Assembly (NCBI GenBank): GCA_964016885.1
Contig: OZ024743.1
Span: forward strand, 155,000,001 to 155,064,000
Length of the DNA stretch: 64,000 bases
Source of the DNA: Eledone cirrhosa
Lineage: Eukaryota
Direction: 5' to 3'
This document shows, piece after piece, positions 27,101 to 41,715 of the stretch (position 1 is its first letter; each line of letters opens with the position of its first letter). A program made the translations under genes and the position numbers. The notes below the pieces were generated by a model. It worked only from the letters and a program-made list of their open reading frames with translations, searched no databases and was not told where the DNA came from.

Positions 27101-29739
27101 ATTATTCCCCGAGTATTATTTTTCGCCTGCTTTCTACCTCGCCTAATTTCATACACACACCTTAGAATTTGCTGTATAGAATTCTCTTTTAACGTTTGAC
27201 CGGCTCTACACAATCCCTCATTGTTCTACAGGCAGGTTCAGCGACCCCCACCTCCCATCTTCCACCATGCAAGATCTATTGTGTTTACAAGAAATTTTGA
27301 CCAATCCTTTTGACAACTACAATCTTCCCATATAAGGAAAAAGTTCGCCTATTTATTACCACGCTCAAAATGTTAATCTAGTCCAGAAATAGCCGTCGAA
27401 ACGGCTTGAGCTCTGCCATCGGGGTTAAACAATTTCCTATTCCCCACTCTACTACCCTAAGTATTGAGTACTCTGGTGCGTTATGGTCCATCTGGTTCCT
27501 TACCGTACTTCCTTCGTTATATATATATATACATATATATATATCTGTCACATCATAGCCTCATTGTATCTCTCTCCTCTCACACTCTCTCTTTCTTTCA
27601 TGCTCTGTGTATATATATATATATATGTATATAGTAGATAAATTATGTAGATAAATTATGTTGATAAATTACGTAATATTTATTCATTATCTATTCAAAG
27701 TAATCCAACTTATTTTACTAACGAGCATAAATAATATCTTGAGGATGCTGTGCCGCACACCTTACTTTATTATAGTTAAGATTAATGAATGATTCTCGCG
27801 TTAATACTCTAGATTTAGTAGAAAGAACCCTTTATATTTATTATGGAAACATTTATGAAAAGAAAAGAAAAAACAATTGATTCTCGGACACATTTTACTT
27901 TCTGTGGTGATACACAAGGGCGTCAACATCATAATAATAAGCTGCTTGACCGGTTCTCCGAGGGGTTTGTCCATCTGTAGTCATCCTAGATAAGTTACAT
28001 TAAATCTCAACTCAAGAATATTAATTACAAAACTAAACTGCGCAAATAACTGAAATTTGGCACATTTTTCTAGACGCTGTCTACGAATTTGACATGTTCT
28101 AAAATTAGAATCAACCAATAATTATGTCTAGATTCAAAGTGAAAATATCGACCTCAATGGGAGTAAAAGGATGGCTGATAGACGATGCAATCTTGAAATG
28201 TTGCTGACGTTAAATAGTGGGTATATGGATTGCTAGTAGCGCAAAATTATTCAAGGTTTTCAACTGAGTTATTAGACATACTCCAATTATTGATCGTATT
28301 AAGATACAATGTTGGTTCTAAAGATTAATGCTAATTTCATACTATATTCTGCTACCACAGAATATGAGACATGTTTACACATAACATTGCGATTGACAGA
28401 ATAATATCTTAGCGGAATAAATAGATGGCGTACTTAGTTGAAATTATTTTATATTCTGAAGTCACACTCCACTGCATTTAATGTTGATGTTCATCGTCAA
28501 ACACCTGAGAGAATCAGTACTAATAGGCTACTGAATGTTGTATAATCAATCCACGCTTCTTTTCTCGCACATGCGATTAAACTAACCTTCTCAGTTTATC
28601 TCAAGCTGAACGAAGATATGATCCGGTGCGTTCATTAATTCGTTAAGATGAATTGTACCCGTTATCCTATTATGCAGGTTAAATATGTCCCACCCCTGAG
28701 TGGAATTTCAAGATGCCTCCATTCATTTAAAAATCTAGGTTTGGTTCTCTCCTTTTATGTCATCAATTTCTTTAAATGTAACTACAACGATGACGGCGAA
28801 AGTTTACTTACACAATATTGGCAGCGAATGAGAGTTTTCGATTTTTGTTAGAGAAATATAACACAAAGCATGTCCCATGAGTTCAATCAGAATAAGAAAA
28901 TCATTTATTGTAATGTAGAGACAGTGAATGTGATTATAACATTAAATGTAAGTCTGACAACAATTCCGAAAGAGTAAATATAAAATCAATGTTATAAAAA
29001 GCGAATGAAAAACAATCATATATTTTATACAATTTAATATGATAGGCAATTAATCGGAGGAACGCAAAATATGAGGAATATTGGGCTGAAAGGAATTAGG
29101 AGAACGAATATGAAAATATTGTATGGAAACTACCTGAAAGGTATAACATTAACTACTCTAGGGTCGACCCAAAACTACAATAAGATACTAGAGACAACAT
29201 AAACACACAGGCATGCCATCAAATATGTTATCAATGTTTAAGTGAAAAGCATATATAGTTCAGATTCATGTAGGAATCCAAGAATATAAATTGATAAATC
29301 ATGAAAGGGTATTTTGCCTAGGGCATGTTATATATCCGGAAAACCCAGTATCTTCAAAATCTAAATGCTTCTGTACATAGATAACGCTCCAAAATCCGAT
29401 TGTCCTCGTTACTTTGAGTGAGCATCATGAACATGTTAGATGCCGTGTTAAAAGGGATTAGAAATAAAGCATTAAATCTAATGTAGAAATAATTAAATGA
29501 TACCCCCATAAACATAAATTCAGTAATCGCATTAACACTATATCTGAGAGTATGTTCTCAATTATTTAATTCACAGATGAATAAACTTTGCCCCGAACTA
29601 TTCGGTTTACCAACAAGTACCGAATAAAACACCTCTTACTTAGCCATGAAAATAATGAAATCCGGATAAATATATACAATTTGCGTCCACCAATCATTGG
29701 TTGATGCAAGGTTTTGCAGAATATGCAGGTTACATAAAA

Positions 29740-30175
29740 GACGAATCTTGGCTAATGACCGAAATATTACGATCGCGAATACAACCGGCTGAAATGGTGT
29801 TCCTCCGAAGGGGTTTTGGAGTAACGTTACAGGATAGAGTTCGTAGCTCGGAGATCAGAGAGTCATTCCAGGTAGAGCAACTGCTTTTCAGAATTGAGAG
29901 ATCACAAGTCCGATACTATGGACATGTGGTTAGAAAGTCTCAGGAAAGAATCTCTAAAAAGATTTTAAGGGCAACCCCAACCGGTAGGAGACCCAGGCGT
30001 AAACCACGAGCAAGATTGTTGAATAACATCCATGAGCTTGGTTGGTCTCTATGGGCGATGTAGCTGGATCAGATGGAGGCGGTTGCCTCTGATAGGACCC
30101 GTTGGAAGGAGTGTTTGAGGACTCTTCCTGCACGACCCTCTCAGGAATAAGTGAGCGAAGAAGAGGAAGAAGGCG
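29740..30175 (+). mobile_element. RTE-clade LINE 3' fragment
   Basis: ESWLMTEILRSRIQPAEMVFLRRGFGVTLQDRVRSSEIRE..LFRIERSQVRYYGHVVR..PTGRRPRRKP followed by a GAA-rich tail. Confidence 0.85.
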
Positions 30176-32589
30176 ATGAACACATACATGACAACGTTCA
30201 TTTCAAACTATTGATGGACTACTACAATACGTATTGGAGCTCTGACTGTTGAGTTAGTATCCGTTAATTTTTCAATCAAAAGCATTTTAGAAAGCTACAC
30301 AATACTATTGTGATTTTAAATGTAGACTATCTCTAAGACAATGTCAAAATAAAAGCAGTAAATAGAAATTTTTTCCTTCTTAAATCAAACACAACGCCGG
30401 CTTGTTGTTAGGAAGATCATTTTAGGAAGTTTATTGTTTCCCAGTTACCAATATTTGATTGAGGATGTTGAAATACTATAGTAATCCACGTTACTTTCCA
30501 GATTTCCTAACTCGATAAAATAACCACCAGGTAATAGACCACAATATTTTTTTGTAATTTTGCAGATATGTAATATACATGCGTCTGATGCATACGATTT
30601 GAAATATTTGCAGCATATTTATCTATGAAATGATAGTGTTAGCAAAACCTTCATTTACTAAAAATAGCCTCATTTTAGCTTAAATAATCTTCGGAATTTC
30701 AAACAAACACTACCGGTTTTTAATCTCACATATTCAAATGGTAAATATCTCATTTGAGCAACACATTAGCTATCGAAGCTTGTAAATATTACACTAAATA
30801 ATAAGAAAACTGATCTGATGCTATGTATTTATCTTATGAGTAGTAACCTTATCTATACTAATGGAAGAAAGAGTTACTATATAATCAGTAGCTTAATATA
30901 TTACGTACACGTCTATTATGGACAAAGAACATTGACGGCAATATCACTTTGAAGACTAACTTCGTTCCGGCATTTTTTAAATTCAATTTTACAGAGTGCA
31001 AGTATTGCAACATATATATAGATAAAATGATGTTAAGACTCATCTTATACTATACTGTTATGCATCTCCAAAAGCCTTTTTCAGGTTTTATTTACTACAA
31101 ATTAATTATTCTACAACCCACCGTTGGGTGTCTGCAACACAAACACTACAATATATTAATATATCTGTTTCTTTCTTCCATTTGAAAATTATATGATGCA
31201 AGTTGTTGCACGTTCTCTTTTGATCTTTAGAAATTGTGAATATAGTTTACGTAATGTCATGCTATAATTTCTTCTCCACGGCATCAAATTATAACACAGT
31301 TTTCGTAAACTAAAATATTTGGAGGCTACTGGAAAAAGAAACTACGAAAGATAGCTGATAGTGTTTCTTGTTGTTGATTATGATGATGACGACGACGACG
31401 ACGACAACGACGACGAAGACGACAACGATATCATGTTGGTAATGACGACAATGACGAAGTTGAGATTGGTAATCATGATGGTGAATGTGACTGTGTTGAC
31501 ATTTCCTACGATGATTATAATAAGAGTATGGTAATGTTTGTATTTTGATGAATATACTTCTGTTTATAATGATGTCCATGATCAGACTTATAATAAGAAA
31601 TGGATATTTCGGCAGATGATCCAGATGGTGTGTGCGTTGACGATTGAATAATAATGGAACAATCATGATTAAAACGATAGGCTTTCAAACTTACTTGTTA
31701 GTAAGTTAAATCTTGTCATTCCAGAATACGTAGTATATTCAGAATCAATAGCTCTTAGAAAGCAATCTTTTTAGCATGATTGTGTTCAAGTGTTGTTATT
31801 AGAATTAATGTTTAGACGTAGTATATCTAATATATATGGTTAAAGGAGCATTTTAGTATATTGAACACATATTCGGGACTTCTTTGTTTTGAAACGCAAT
31901 TCTAGTCATATTTAACAATATTAAAACTAAAAATGAGTTAAATGGGTCTTAGGTTACTTGGTTTTGAAAGGATTTCATACTATACATTCTTGTAAAAATT
32001 AGAACAAATCATTTCTGCTATAGAGTGTTAATAAACAGATGACAACCTTACCTAAGTGTATTTCTGATTCTATGTTAATTTATTTCACTAACCTCCTTTT
32101 TAATATCTTACTCGTTGAAAGAAAGACTTGAAACTAATATTTTTAATTTCATTTTCACATTCCATGGAACATACTAATATTAGGAACTTAAAATAAATAG
32201 ATGTTGATAAGTATGTTCAACTAGGAAGATTTATAATTTATTTAGTATTTCTTTTGAGTATATAAAAAGTATATTTGTAAGAAGGGTGAATAATTAGTGT
32301 AGTCAAACGCAATGCTTTTGTAAGCAGTTGACTTTGACAAGATGAATGCTAAGATAAGAGGCCCTAGAACTTGTAAAGGATTCAGTAAAACTATTTTGCC
32401 TGTGTCGATTCCGTTTAATATAAGAAAAATTGAAGCAGCATGCAGTATATTATGTGGCTTTCAAGCATCTAGATTATCTTAAAAATACCTGGATACAAGG
32501 GCCATTAATTACTCTATTGATACAGATCTGAATAACAGTTTTTCAATTTTTTTAGTTCAAAAGTAATTGTTATAATCAAATATAATTTC

Positions 32590-32907
32590 CCATGGGTACA
32601 AGCCGAAGCTGACGCATATAGACAATTGCAAAGTGGTCGTGGAGGTGCCACGCCGAAAAAGCACCCAGCCCACACTGTAAAGTGGACGTGTAGACGCCCC
32701 ATGGATAAAAGCACCCAACACTCACCGTAAATGAGTTTAGTGTTAGGAAGGGCATCCAGCTGTAGAAATCAAGCCAGAATCAATTCCAGTATGAGCAAGA
32801 CAAGGTAAGCCGACCGGACACTGCCCACAACAGGACAACCGGTCTAACCCATGCTAACATGGACGAACGGACGTAAAACGGTGATGATGATGATGATGAT
32901 GATGATG
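32590..32907 (+). mobile_element. RTE-associated SINE or short element with a (GAT)n tail
   Basis: ggaagggcatccagctgtagaaa..gtctaacccatgctaacatgga..cggacgtaaaacggtgatgatgatg. Confidence 0.6.
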
Positions 32908-35199
32908 TGCAGTATCATTTTATGAACACACAGACACTTTCGTAATAATAATATAATGTGTTGCTGTGAGCTCATAAATAAATATCAGTTTATTTTGTTC
33001 TACTAATAGGTGCTCATAGCTGGTAACTTGTCACTGGATAACTTGCTTTGTAAGATCAGCCAATTTTCTCTTCCATTATTTCAGGTCAATAATTTTTCAT
33101 TGTTTCTTTTTTGCTGCAGCCTCTGCTTTTGTTTTTTTACACGCAGAAATGCCCATTTGTACCGTCCGGTATTGCCCAGAATTGTCCTGTACTGTCCTTA
33201 ATGTCTTACTTTGTGTAAAACCTTGTGGTTAATAAAGAAATCATTAGTATCTGTTGTGTACTGAGAGGGTTTACTCAATATTCTCTCTCTGACGTTATTC
33301 CTGAAACATGTTCCCTTTGTCACAATTGTCTATAAAACGACAATTATGAAAGTACGCGATGGAAGTCACCATGAAACTGCCTCTCTCACATCTATTCCAT
33401 GAAAAACATATTTGTGAAGGAAATAATCAGTTCTCGTTCAGCATTGACAGGTGACACAAGAAATGTATATAAAAACCATGCCGTCTAGTAATTTAAATAT
33501 CACCAAATCTTGATCAATTTCGTTTAGTGACTAGTTAATAATATCCAGTCTATAGGATTATATGTCTTTTGAATGGATTTTGTTAACGATTTTAGTTAGC
33601 TTTTATCGGTTTTTATACTCTTGTATAATTTAATGACGTTTATTTATAGACATTTGAATACTAACATGAATAATGTATATTTGTGAACAAGAGTGAAATA
33701 AAGTTGTGATTAACGTTTTTGGTATAGCATTTATTATCTTCACACGCTAAATATTATATTTGAATTGTACATAGAAAAGATAATAATTTGATATGCGAAT
33801 TCCACTTTCAAATTTGATTTATCATACGTTTATGCATTCTTCTTTGAATTTGTAATTGTATCAAACTATTGTAGCATATTCAAATTACTTTACTATGTAA
33901 ATTGGTATCTTGTATATTACAATTGATTTATTTCATGATGCCATATTGGTAATCAAAACTTGTGTGACAACTAGTTTACTTATGAATCTAAACTTAATGC
34001 TTAGAAGGTTTCTGCATAACATGATGGGGAGTTCGGCTGTTTATGCATTCGATCATGAATAACGAAAAATATGATTTGATTATTATATACATGATTTGTC
34101 AAGCTGTTTAGAATCATAAGATCTCAAACTATATTTTTAAACATAGGGTCTAGTGGAATGTATTAAATATGATTCAATTGTGGTATGAGATGAGATAAAC
34201 ACGAAGAAAAGCCACTGATATAAATAACTATGTTGATACATACAGTTTACAGTATTAAGTTTCATCAGAATTCAGGCTGTTTAGTTTAATCCCAACAATA
34301 CATTTCCTGCAACACAAATAATTAATACGTATGACAAATGTATTTCTTTCGCAAGAGTGACTGCATTTTATAAAGTCATGAGGAAGAATATATAATATTA
34401 ACAACAACAACTCTACCATTAACAAGAGGAAGCCAACCCCAGCATCAGTGACTCACCTCCAGCCACTAGGTCCTATGACGAACTGCTAGGTTGCTCGCAT
34501 GTGTGCGTGCTGAACTCTGGGTATTTCCGCTGGGAACAACCCTTTGTTTTCTCCCTCACCCTTTTTTTGTGTACATTCATTCACTCATTTATTTACTACC
34601 ATTCTACCTTCCTGTGTCTCCCCCTCCATGCAACACCTTCTTTTCTCTATTGTTTTCTGGCACCTTCATATATATATCTGAGCTATGTGGCCCTCTTACC
34701 AGCACTTTCCCTTCCACCCACACACGCCAGCCACCCACCCCTCATGCCGTTCGGTGCCCTAGTCCCCGGACCCACGTCCCATCCCGCACCCCTCCAAGCC
34801 GACACCTGTAGCATTTGCAGTACCACTTACAAACGGAAGAGGGGCCGGAACTGTTGGGGTGCGGCTGCTTCCACTACCTGCGTTGGCTGACTCGTCGAGC
34901 TTCCAAGCCACGGCCGTCTGGCACACCACCAGATGGGACAGCCAGCTTGCTTGACGCCAGCTTGCTTGACGCCTCGCTGGTCAACATCACTCGGTAACGA
35001 CGACAAAATCAATGACGTCAACAACAATTGTAATAATCAATATTTCTTCATTGGCCGCGACAGGCGGAACATAGAGGACAATACATGAAAAAACAGGTAT
35101 AGTGGGGATTTTAGAACTGTTCAAAAACGTGTAATAAACACAAATCACAAGAAATTAATAACAATAACATTCCAGAATATGGGGTAGCGTAAACCTGGG

Positions 35200-36200
35200 T
35201 TAACCACCATAATCACCAAGTGCACCATAGGAATGACCCCCTCTCCTCTAATCTTCTGAGCGTACAGGTGTATACAGTGAGTAGGAGGGGATGATTTCCG
35301 TTCGTGAGGCTGTCCATCTGTAAACGTCGTCCAGCAGCGTGGTCGGGTGGTGGAAGGATAGGGTTTGGTTCGAACAGGACTTTGAGGTGGATAACAATTA
35401 TGTTGAGGTTATGACCAGGGTATCCACTCTCTCCCAGAGGAAGCTGTCTCTGAAATGTGGCGTGTAGATGGCAAACACTTTCATCCACTTTTGAAAATGT
35501 TCGACGGGTGTGTGTGGGTGTATATGGGGTGTTGCACTTTTCGGAACCGTTTCAGAAATCATGATCTGTTCGTCAAGGATGCAATATTTCCTCTCTTCTG
35601 TACGGATTGACTCTATACTAATCTATAGTTGTTGCTTGACATCCCACTCGAACAGGAAGACGGATAGGCTGTATACGATTCTGAGGACGACATAGCCGTG
35701 GTGATGTTGGACACTCGGAAAATGAGGCGGTCAACAGCTTATTGGAGGGATATGAAAGGTTGAAGGGTGAGAAGATTAGCCCACAAAAGTCGGTGGGCTT
35801 GCAACGCAGCACCTGGAGAGGCACGTCCACGTCGCCCAGCAGCGTCGTCGGGCGCTGGACGACGGGGTTTGGTTCGGACAAGAGTTCTAGGTAGATAAGA
35901 ATTGGGATGAGTTTTTGACCAGGGTAGCCACACTCTCCCAGTTATGGGCCGAGAGGAAGCTGTCTCTGAAAGGTGACGTGTAGATGGCAAACACTTTCAT
36001 CGCGTCTTTTATCTACTACCGCATGACCGTCGTGCCTCACTAAATTGGAGCAGCTCCTTTGGAGGGGATAATTTCCGTTGGTGAGACTGTCCATCTGCTG
36101 CCAGTACCCTCTACGCTGAGGGCTGTGCATGCCATGTCTATCAGACGGAAGTGCTCTCAGACGGACCTGTCCGAGATGCGCACATATGGACGAAATCATT
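35200..36200 (+). mobile_element. Rearranged degenerate L1/Tx1 RT fragments (two partial copies)
   Basis: DDIAVVM..KISPQKSVGLQRSTWRG..SSVVGRWT..GVWFGQ..NWDEFLTRVATLSQLWAERKLSLKG, homologous to the intact LINE. 35325-35490 duplicates part of it. Confidence 0.75.
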
Positions 36201-37399
36201 CTGTACCCACTAGTTCAGTATCCGTGCTGACTTGTGGATTTATGTCGAATAGCTGCTGTCGTGTGTAGAACTGATTCGACAATCGACCGAGTCCATAATG
36301 AAGATCGATCTGATGCAGGGAAGGGTAGACAATATTCCTCTGTCTTGCGGCGGTAATGAAAAAGGTTGTGTAGGACTGATACGCTTTCCTTCGGCCAATC
36401 CCTTTTCGGCTTTTTCAATATTCCCATCGAAAGGAAGGTGATCGTGGAGAGTGAAATGCCGCCCTCCAGTATATTTGCTAAAAGGGGGAGTGAATATAGC
36501 GAGAATTGTCCGTGTTAATGGGCCTAATTTTAGCATGCATCTGTAAGCTGGATATTTTGATGATAATAGGTGTACACTTCCCGCGTGCCTTCGAAGCGTC
36601 GGGTGGTTCAGGATTAGCTGGGTACCTGAATCGCTTTTAGATGGTTATGTCCCTATTGTGGAACTCTGTCGTATGAACTTTCCTAGTTATTTTGTTATTG
36701 TTATTTATATCCATCAAGATCTGAGAACAAATCATGTAACCTGACACCGTTTGGATTTGAGTGTAAATGTTGACGAGAGCGTCATCGGCAACATCAACAT
36801 GTATTTCAACACGGCCAACTTCTGCCAGCAACAACAACCACAATGACAACATTTTAGCACGAGAAATGTATGACAGAATTGCGAAATATAACATCGTTGA
36901 CACCACTACAAATTCTGCAAATTAATACAATGTATAGCATCGACACTGACCTAAACACTGAAACCATCACTGCGACCACTACAACCACCATCACAAAAAT
37001 ATAACAGAAAAAAGAGGATTAAGAGCAATAGAGACAACATCGACAACAAAATCACAACGCCTGTGGCACGGACAACAGGAATATGAAAACAACAATAACA
37101 TCAGACTCATAAAACAACAATGACAATAGACTAGCAGCAAGAGTTGCAACATAACAGAAAGTTTTTCAATGAACATTTTAGATGAAGTCAAATATTGTCC
37201 CAAGTGATGTTCTCTCTGCTTCTCTATATACAATATATATTTTCAGTTTTGGAGACGTGTCATGACGCCTCCATGTTTGTTTTAGACAATAAAATATAGG
37301 AAAGAACCAAAATTTGACAACCACAGTGGAATAACTTTTTACCTGCAGAAAGCAGATATACATATAAATTACCCTGAAAAAATTGGAGCCGATGCTATA

Positions 37400-38530
37400 C
37401 GTGGCTGGCGCTTATATCGCGTGCAGGAAAGGTGATAGTAAGCGCCCTTGATAGTGTCCGATTCCAACATTGAATGGTTTTGATTTAGCACCAAACGCAA
37501 ATACTCGGGCATTCGTTTTGAGACATCAGGGCAGCAAGAAGCTGATCATCAATATGATGCTCCTGGAGAACCTTCCACAGCTGGTGCCGAGAAACGCGGT
37601 CATATGCCTTTTCAAAACAAGTATATACCTCTTGGCAATGCTCCCACAATTTCTCGAAAATCTGCTACAGTGTGAGTGTTCGGTTGGTTGGTGCTGCGTC
37701 AGGGAAAATACCGCAAAGTTCAACGCTTTGCCAAGCACTTATCATATATTTCACTGTTAAGGAGATCCCTCTGTAATTGGAACAATTTCTGTCTCCCCTT
37801 TGGAAAATTGATTTACCACTCACGATTACCAATGCTTAGGTGATTTCCAGAGATGCATGTCAGCTGGCACACACGATTCAGCCCCTGAATACCTTTGTTA
37901 TTTATGGTTCTTAAGAAATCGTACCAGATTTCATCTTTCCCAGCGCCCTTGTCACATTTGATCTTTTCAACTACTTTTGTGATCTCAGAATATGAGAGTT
38001 TTGTCACCGCTCCCAGATGTACCTCATGTACTTTTGAAGATGTTGTTTTGATCGGGTTTAGGAGACGATGTAGCTCTCTGAAGAGAGAACTACAGACGCG
38101 TTCTTGGTTGCAGGGTTGGACGTCTTCTTATTAAATGATCGCCGGATAGTCTGCCAGAACGCTTTAATTGCTACTCTGAAATCGGATTCGAGCTTAAGCC
38201 CAAAGTCCTCCCATGTCTTAAAATTACAAGCCTTTACCGTCTCCGTTGTGATTTACGTACCTGTTTCCGCAAGTGCAAGAAACAGTAGGCATTTCCAAGT
38301 CAAGCTTTATAAGACTCCTTCCTTGCTCTGATGCTATCTTTGTATTCTTGATTGACCCAAGGGTTCTTCTTGCCATCCGGTACCACACCAAGCCCCTTTC
38401 ACCCACAGCATATAAGAGTTAAAGCAGAAAATGCTGCGCTGAACAATCTCTGTCTTCTCGTCAATTGTTTGCTCTCAGAGATCTATGAATTTGTATGCAA
38501 TAGTATTTGCATACCTGGTCCTGACCTACG
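37400..38530 (-). mobile_element. Degenerate RTE-like LINE internal fragment
   Basis: KIKCDKGAGKDEIWYDFLRTINNKGIQGLNRVC, followed by NYRGISL- and LEKAYDRV-like remnants. Confidence 0.7.
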
Positions 38531-38728
38531 TATCACACTTCATCCTACTTAATGCAAACTGTATTTAAATAGTTACAGAATATTCATTGGATCTCTGGAA
38601 TCGCTAGTGATTTGTAAAATTGAAATTCATAGAGTAATCAACATTATATATAAATATATATATATATATATAAATATATATACAATGATATTAAATAAAT
38701 GGGAACTATATTTATAAAACCATATTTA

Positions 38729-38786
38729 TTCTATTATATATATTTCAAGAGTACCAACAATTTTGGTACGCTATCATCAGATAAAA
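38729..38786 (-). ncRNA. Type I hammerhead ribozyme motif
   Basis: TTTTAT-CTGATGA-TAGC-GTACCAA-AATTG-TTGGTAC-TCTT-GAAAT-ATAT-ATA-ATAGAA. Confidence 0.75.
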
Positions 38787-39025
38787 TACAAAATATTTTA
38801 TAAATATTTGATATGACCAAAGACAATGTACCTAAACGGTTCAGGTTACCCCTGGAAAGTGGAAGAGAGGAGAAAAGTCAGAATATAAACATCAGAAATA
38901 AAGTCAAATATAAACATCATTTGCATACTCATATTAATAATTTTAAATATCTGACTTTTCTTCTCTCTTCCCTTCTCTTTCCAGAGATAACTTGGTCATG
39001 TCAAATATTTATAAAACATTTTGCA

Positions 39026-39083
39026 TTTTATCTGATGATAGCGTACCAACATGTTTGGTACCATTGAAATATATATAATAGAA
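39026..39083 (+). ncRNA. Type I hammerhead ribozyme motif
   Basis: TTTTAT-CTGATGA-TAGC-GTACCAA-CATGT-TTGGTAC-CATT-GAAAT-ATAT-ATA-ATAGAA. Confidence 0.75.
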
Positions 39084-40617
39084 TAAATATGGTTTTATAA
39101 ATATAGTTTCCATTTATTTAATATCATTGAATACTTACTCCAGATAACTCTCGAGTGTTCTGAATCAGTTATAAACATCTATATTTGTTGGATTTCCAAC
39201 AAATTAAATATCTCCTCTACATATATATATATATATAAATATGTAAGCTTCAATGTATTTCAACAAATTGTTGTTCCGTTAAAGGTGATGGCAAACGTCT
39301 GACATGTTTTACACGCATACATTATTCTTGGCGCATTTACGTAGCTGCTTGCTATCGGCTATTTAGCTAGATATTTACACCATATCGACGGATACGCTTG
39401 ATACGAAAGTAAATGGTAAGTATATTTAAAACATACTTCACATATTCATCTGTATGCCTAAAAGACAGAATGAAAACACAATAGTAATTGATTACAGGAC
39501 AGGCTGAAGAGAAAATTGAAGAGTGAAGGAGAGAAAGAAAACATCGAATGCAAAAAGAAAGAAATAATTGTATAGGAGATATTTTGAAAGTTTTTAAACA
39601 GCCATTGGCAAATTAGTTACATCGTCAGAATTACTAATAATCGTAATTGCGTCAGTTTATTTAATACGTATATGTTTATAATGTTTTACCTTTTATGAAA
39701 GATTTCAGCGTGTGCACAGTATATTTCAGCCAACAATTTAGAACCTGAATAAAATGGCATGATGAAATAATCGGATGTTCTAGTGGACAATAAATGTGAG
39801 TATTGTTTTCAAAACCACCTACGACACACGACAACATGTTTGGTAGAATTTTCACAAAACAATAAACTATGCATTCAAAATAATTAAGAAACACCCCGTT
39901 GATTATGTAGCCTTTTTCAAAAGAGGTTACTACGTCTGAAAGGGTTGATAATTAACGCATTTCACTTCCTGCTGTTGTAGATGTTTACCAAGACGTTAAC
40001 TAAGGTTCGAGGCATATTTATATAGACGCACCTATGACGATTCGAAACTCTGCTGCAATTATTAGTTTTTCACAATACCCCGCAATTTCTACTCGAAACA
40101 ACAGAAGAACGGTTATGTAAGCATTAATTTCCCTAAACCGTCATTCCTTTACTTAGATAGCATGAATATTAGTTATGGTAGTGCAGCATTCGATTTCCAC
40201 GTGCTGCATGGAAGATGGGAGTGAATTATTCTCGTCATTAATATAGCAGCCACTATACACTTTCGACATATATTTTACAAGTGTCGAAACTGCAGTAATA
40301 TTACGGAAGATAAAGACCAGGAAAATTGCATTCCTTGACTCGAAAGTAGAAAGTATGATACACACAGGCTTTTATACAATGGGAAAATATCCTCGTGTTA
40401 TTATACATTGGCAGAAAAGACGTTTTGCAACAATTCAATATGCAAGAATATTAGAAAAGGACAAAATCTTCATATTTCAGTGTATGAAATCACGTGCATA
40501 TAGAGAGATAAAATCTATTCAAATATGTATTTTCATCAATACCAACTTTCAAATACGTATTACCAGACGAAATTATATCATCAACACAAAAAATGATCTA
40601 GATATACAGATAGCCAA

Positions 40618-40788
40618 TCAGGTTTTTGGAAATTCGAAAAAAGTTCTCATAATATCTGTTGCCCATGGAATTACTGAAAACAGTGCAGACAGATACGTAA
40701 CGAATGTCCCAGGAATCTTGATATACCGAACGTAGTCAAAATCGTAACGTTCCCTGTAGGGTCTGAAGCTAGAGACATTGTAATTCGT
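40618..40788 (-). CDS. Candidate terminal exon of an unidentified gene
   Basis: Acceptor tagcaatttcag, then a phase-0 frame of 56 aa, TNYNVSSFRPYRERYDFDYVRYIKIPGTFVTYLSALFSVIPWATDIMRTFFEFPKT*. No homology recognised. Confidence 0.25.
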   Translation of the reverse strand, partial: TNYNVSSFRPYRERYDFDYVRYIKIPGTFVTYLSALFSVIPWATDIMRTFFEFPKT

Positions 40789-41224
40789 CTGAAATTGCTA
40801 AATATTTGTAGCTGAAAAATAGATTAAATCAGTTTGCTTTTAGGGAGGGAAACACTTAAAGTTTCGGATAAATGACTCTATTGAAAAGCGGTGTTATCTA
40901 TTGCACCAGATTAATATATTCATATTGGGTTTTGAGGATGGGATAGGTGAGAGTAAAACGAGAAAATAACTTAACACAAAACGAATCTACTTAAATGTTC
41001 AAATATGAACTGAATTGACTCACTCATTGGCTAACATTGCTTACCATTGCTTAGGTGCCTTTCCAGAGATCAGGCCACCTGGCATTTCGGGCCGGATTTC
41101 ATCATCTCCCGTGGCCTTGCCACATTTGAGCTTGTGAAAAAAGGTTTATTTAGAAAATGGAAGAGGGACGTTATAGAAATAGTAAAACAAAAGCGATTAG
41201 AGGACAAAGAAAGAATATACCAAA

Positions 41225-41715
41225 AAAGAATATAATAACTGCCCTGATACATCTACGTTCCCCCTCAACAACAGATGCGAAGAACGTAACGTGATCTACC
41301 AATGCAACAGGAGGACAGACACCTCCAACAAAGCTTGTATAGTATTAACCGCTTGTGACTTTAAGACCCGGCTCTACCAAGGCCGACATACGTTCCGAAA
41401 CCCGGTCCAGCGACATGCCAGCACACTTTCGGGCCATATCTGGGACGTCCAAGATAATAATATAACTTACCACTTGGAGCTTACTGTCCAGAGCTAACTC
41501 TTACACAGGAGGACGCCGTCCGTTTAACTTATGCTCGGAGGAAACATTACAAATGCTGTTTACGAAGGATCAACTCCTAACCAAAAAAAAAAGAACTGGT
41601 AACTGCATGCAAACAGAGATTGCGGAAGACTTACCTCGCCCTCAAACCCCCTAACGATCCGGCTGAGTAGACTAGGGCTGAAACACCCCACTTGCCGAAT
41701 AAGTTAGGGAAAACC
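41225..41715 (+). mobile_element. PLE GIY-YIG endonuclease remnant followed by a decayed HHR
   Basis: NCPDTSTFPLNNRCEERNVIYQC..LTACDFKTRLYQGRHTFRNP..HASTLSGHIWDVQD, then CCC-CTAACGA...GAAAC...GTT-AGGG at about 41647-41709. Confidence 0.75.

Larger units (their letters stand above)
38684..39222. mobile_element. Fold-back HHR element in (TA)n
   Basis: 38684-38890 is inverted relative to 38945-39130, with one HHR per arm. Same family at 52735-52868, 55536-55740 and 63690-63778. Confidence 0.85.

Noticed and set aside
30440-30625. Open minus-strand frame CGLLPGGYFIELGNLESNVDYYS
   Set aside because: No consistent acceptor, frame and donor combination.
40355-40735. 126-aa plus-strand ORF
   Set aside because: No recognisable motif, and it overlaps the antisense exon candidate; likely chance.
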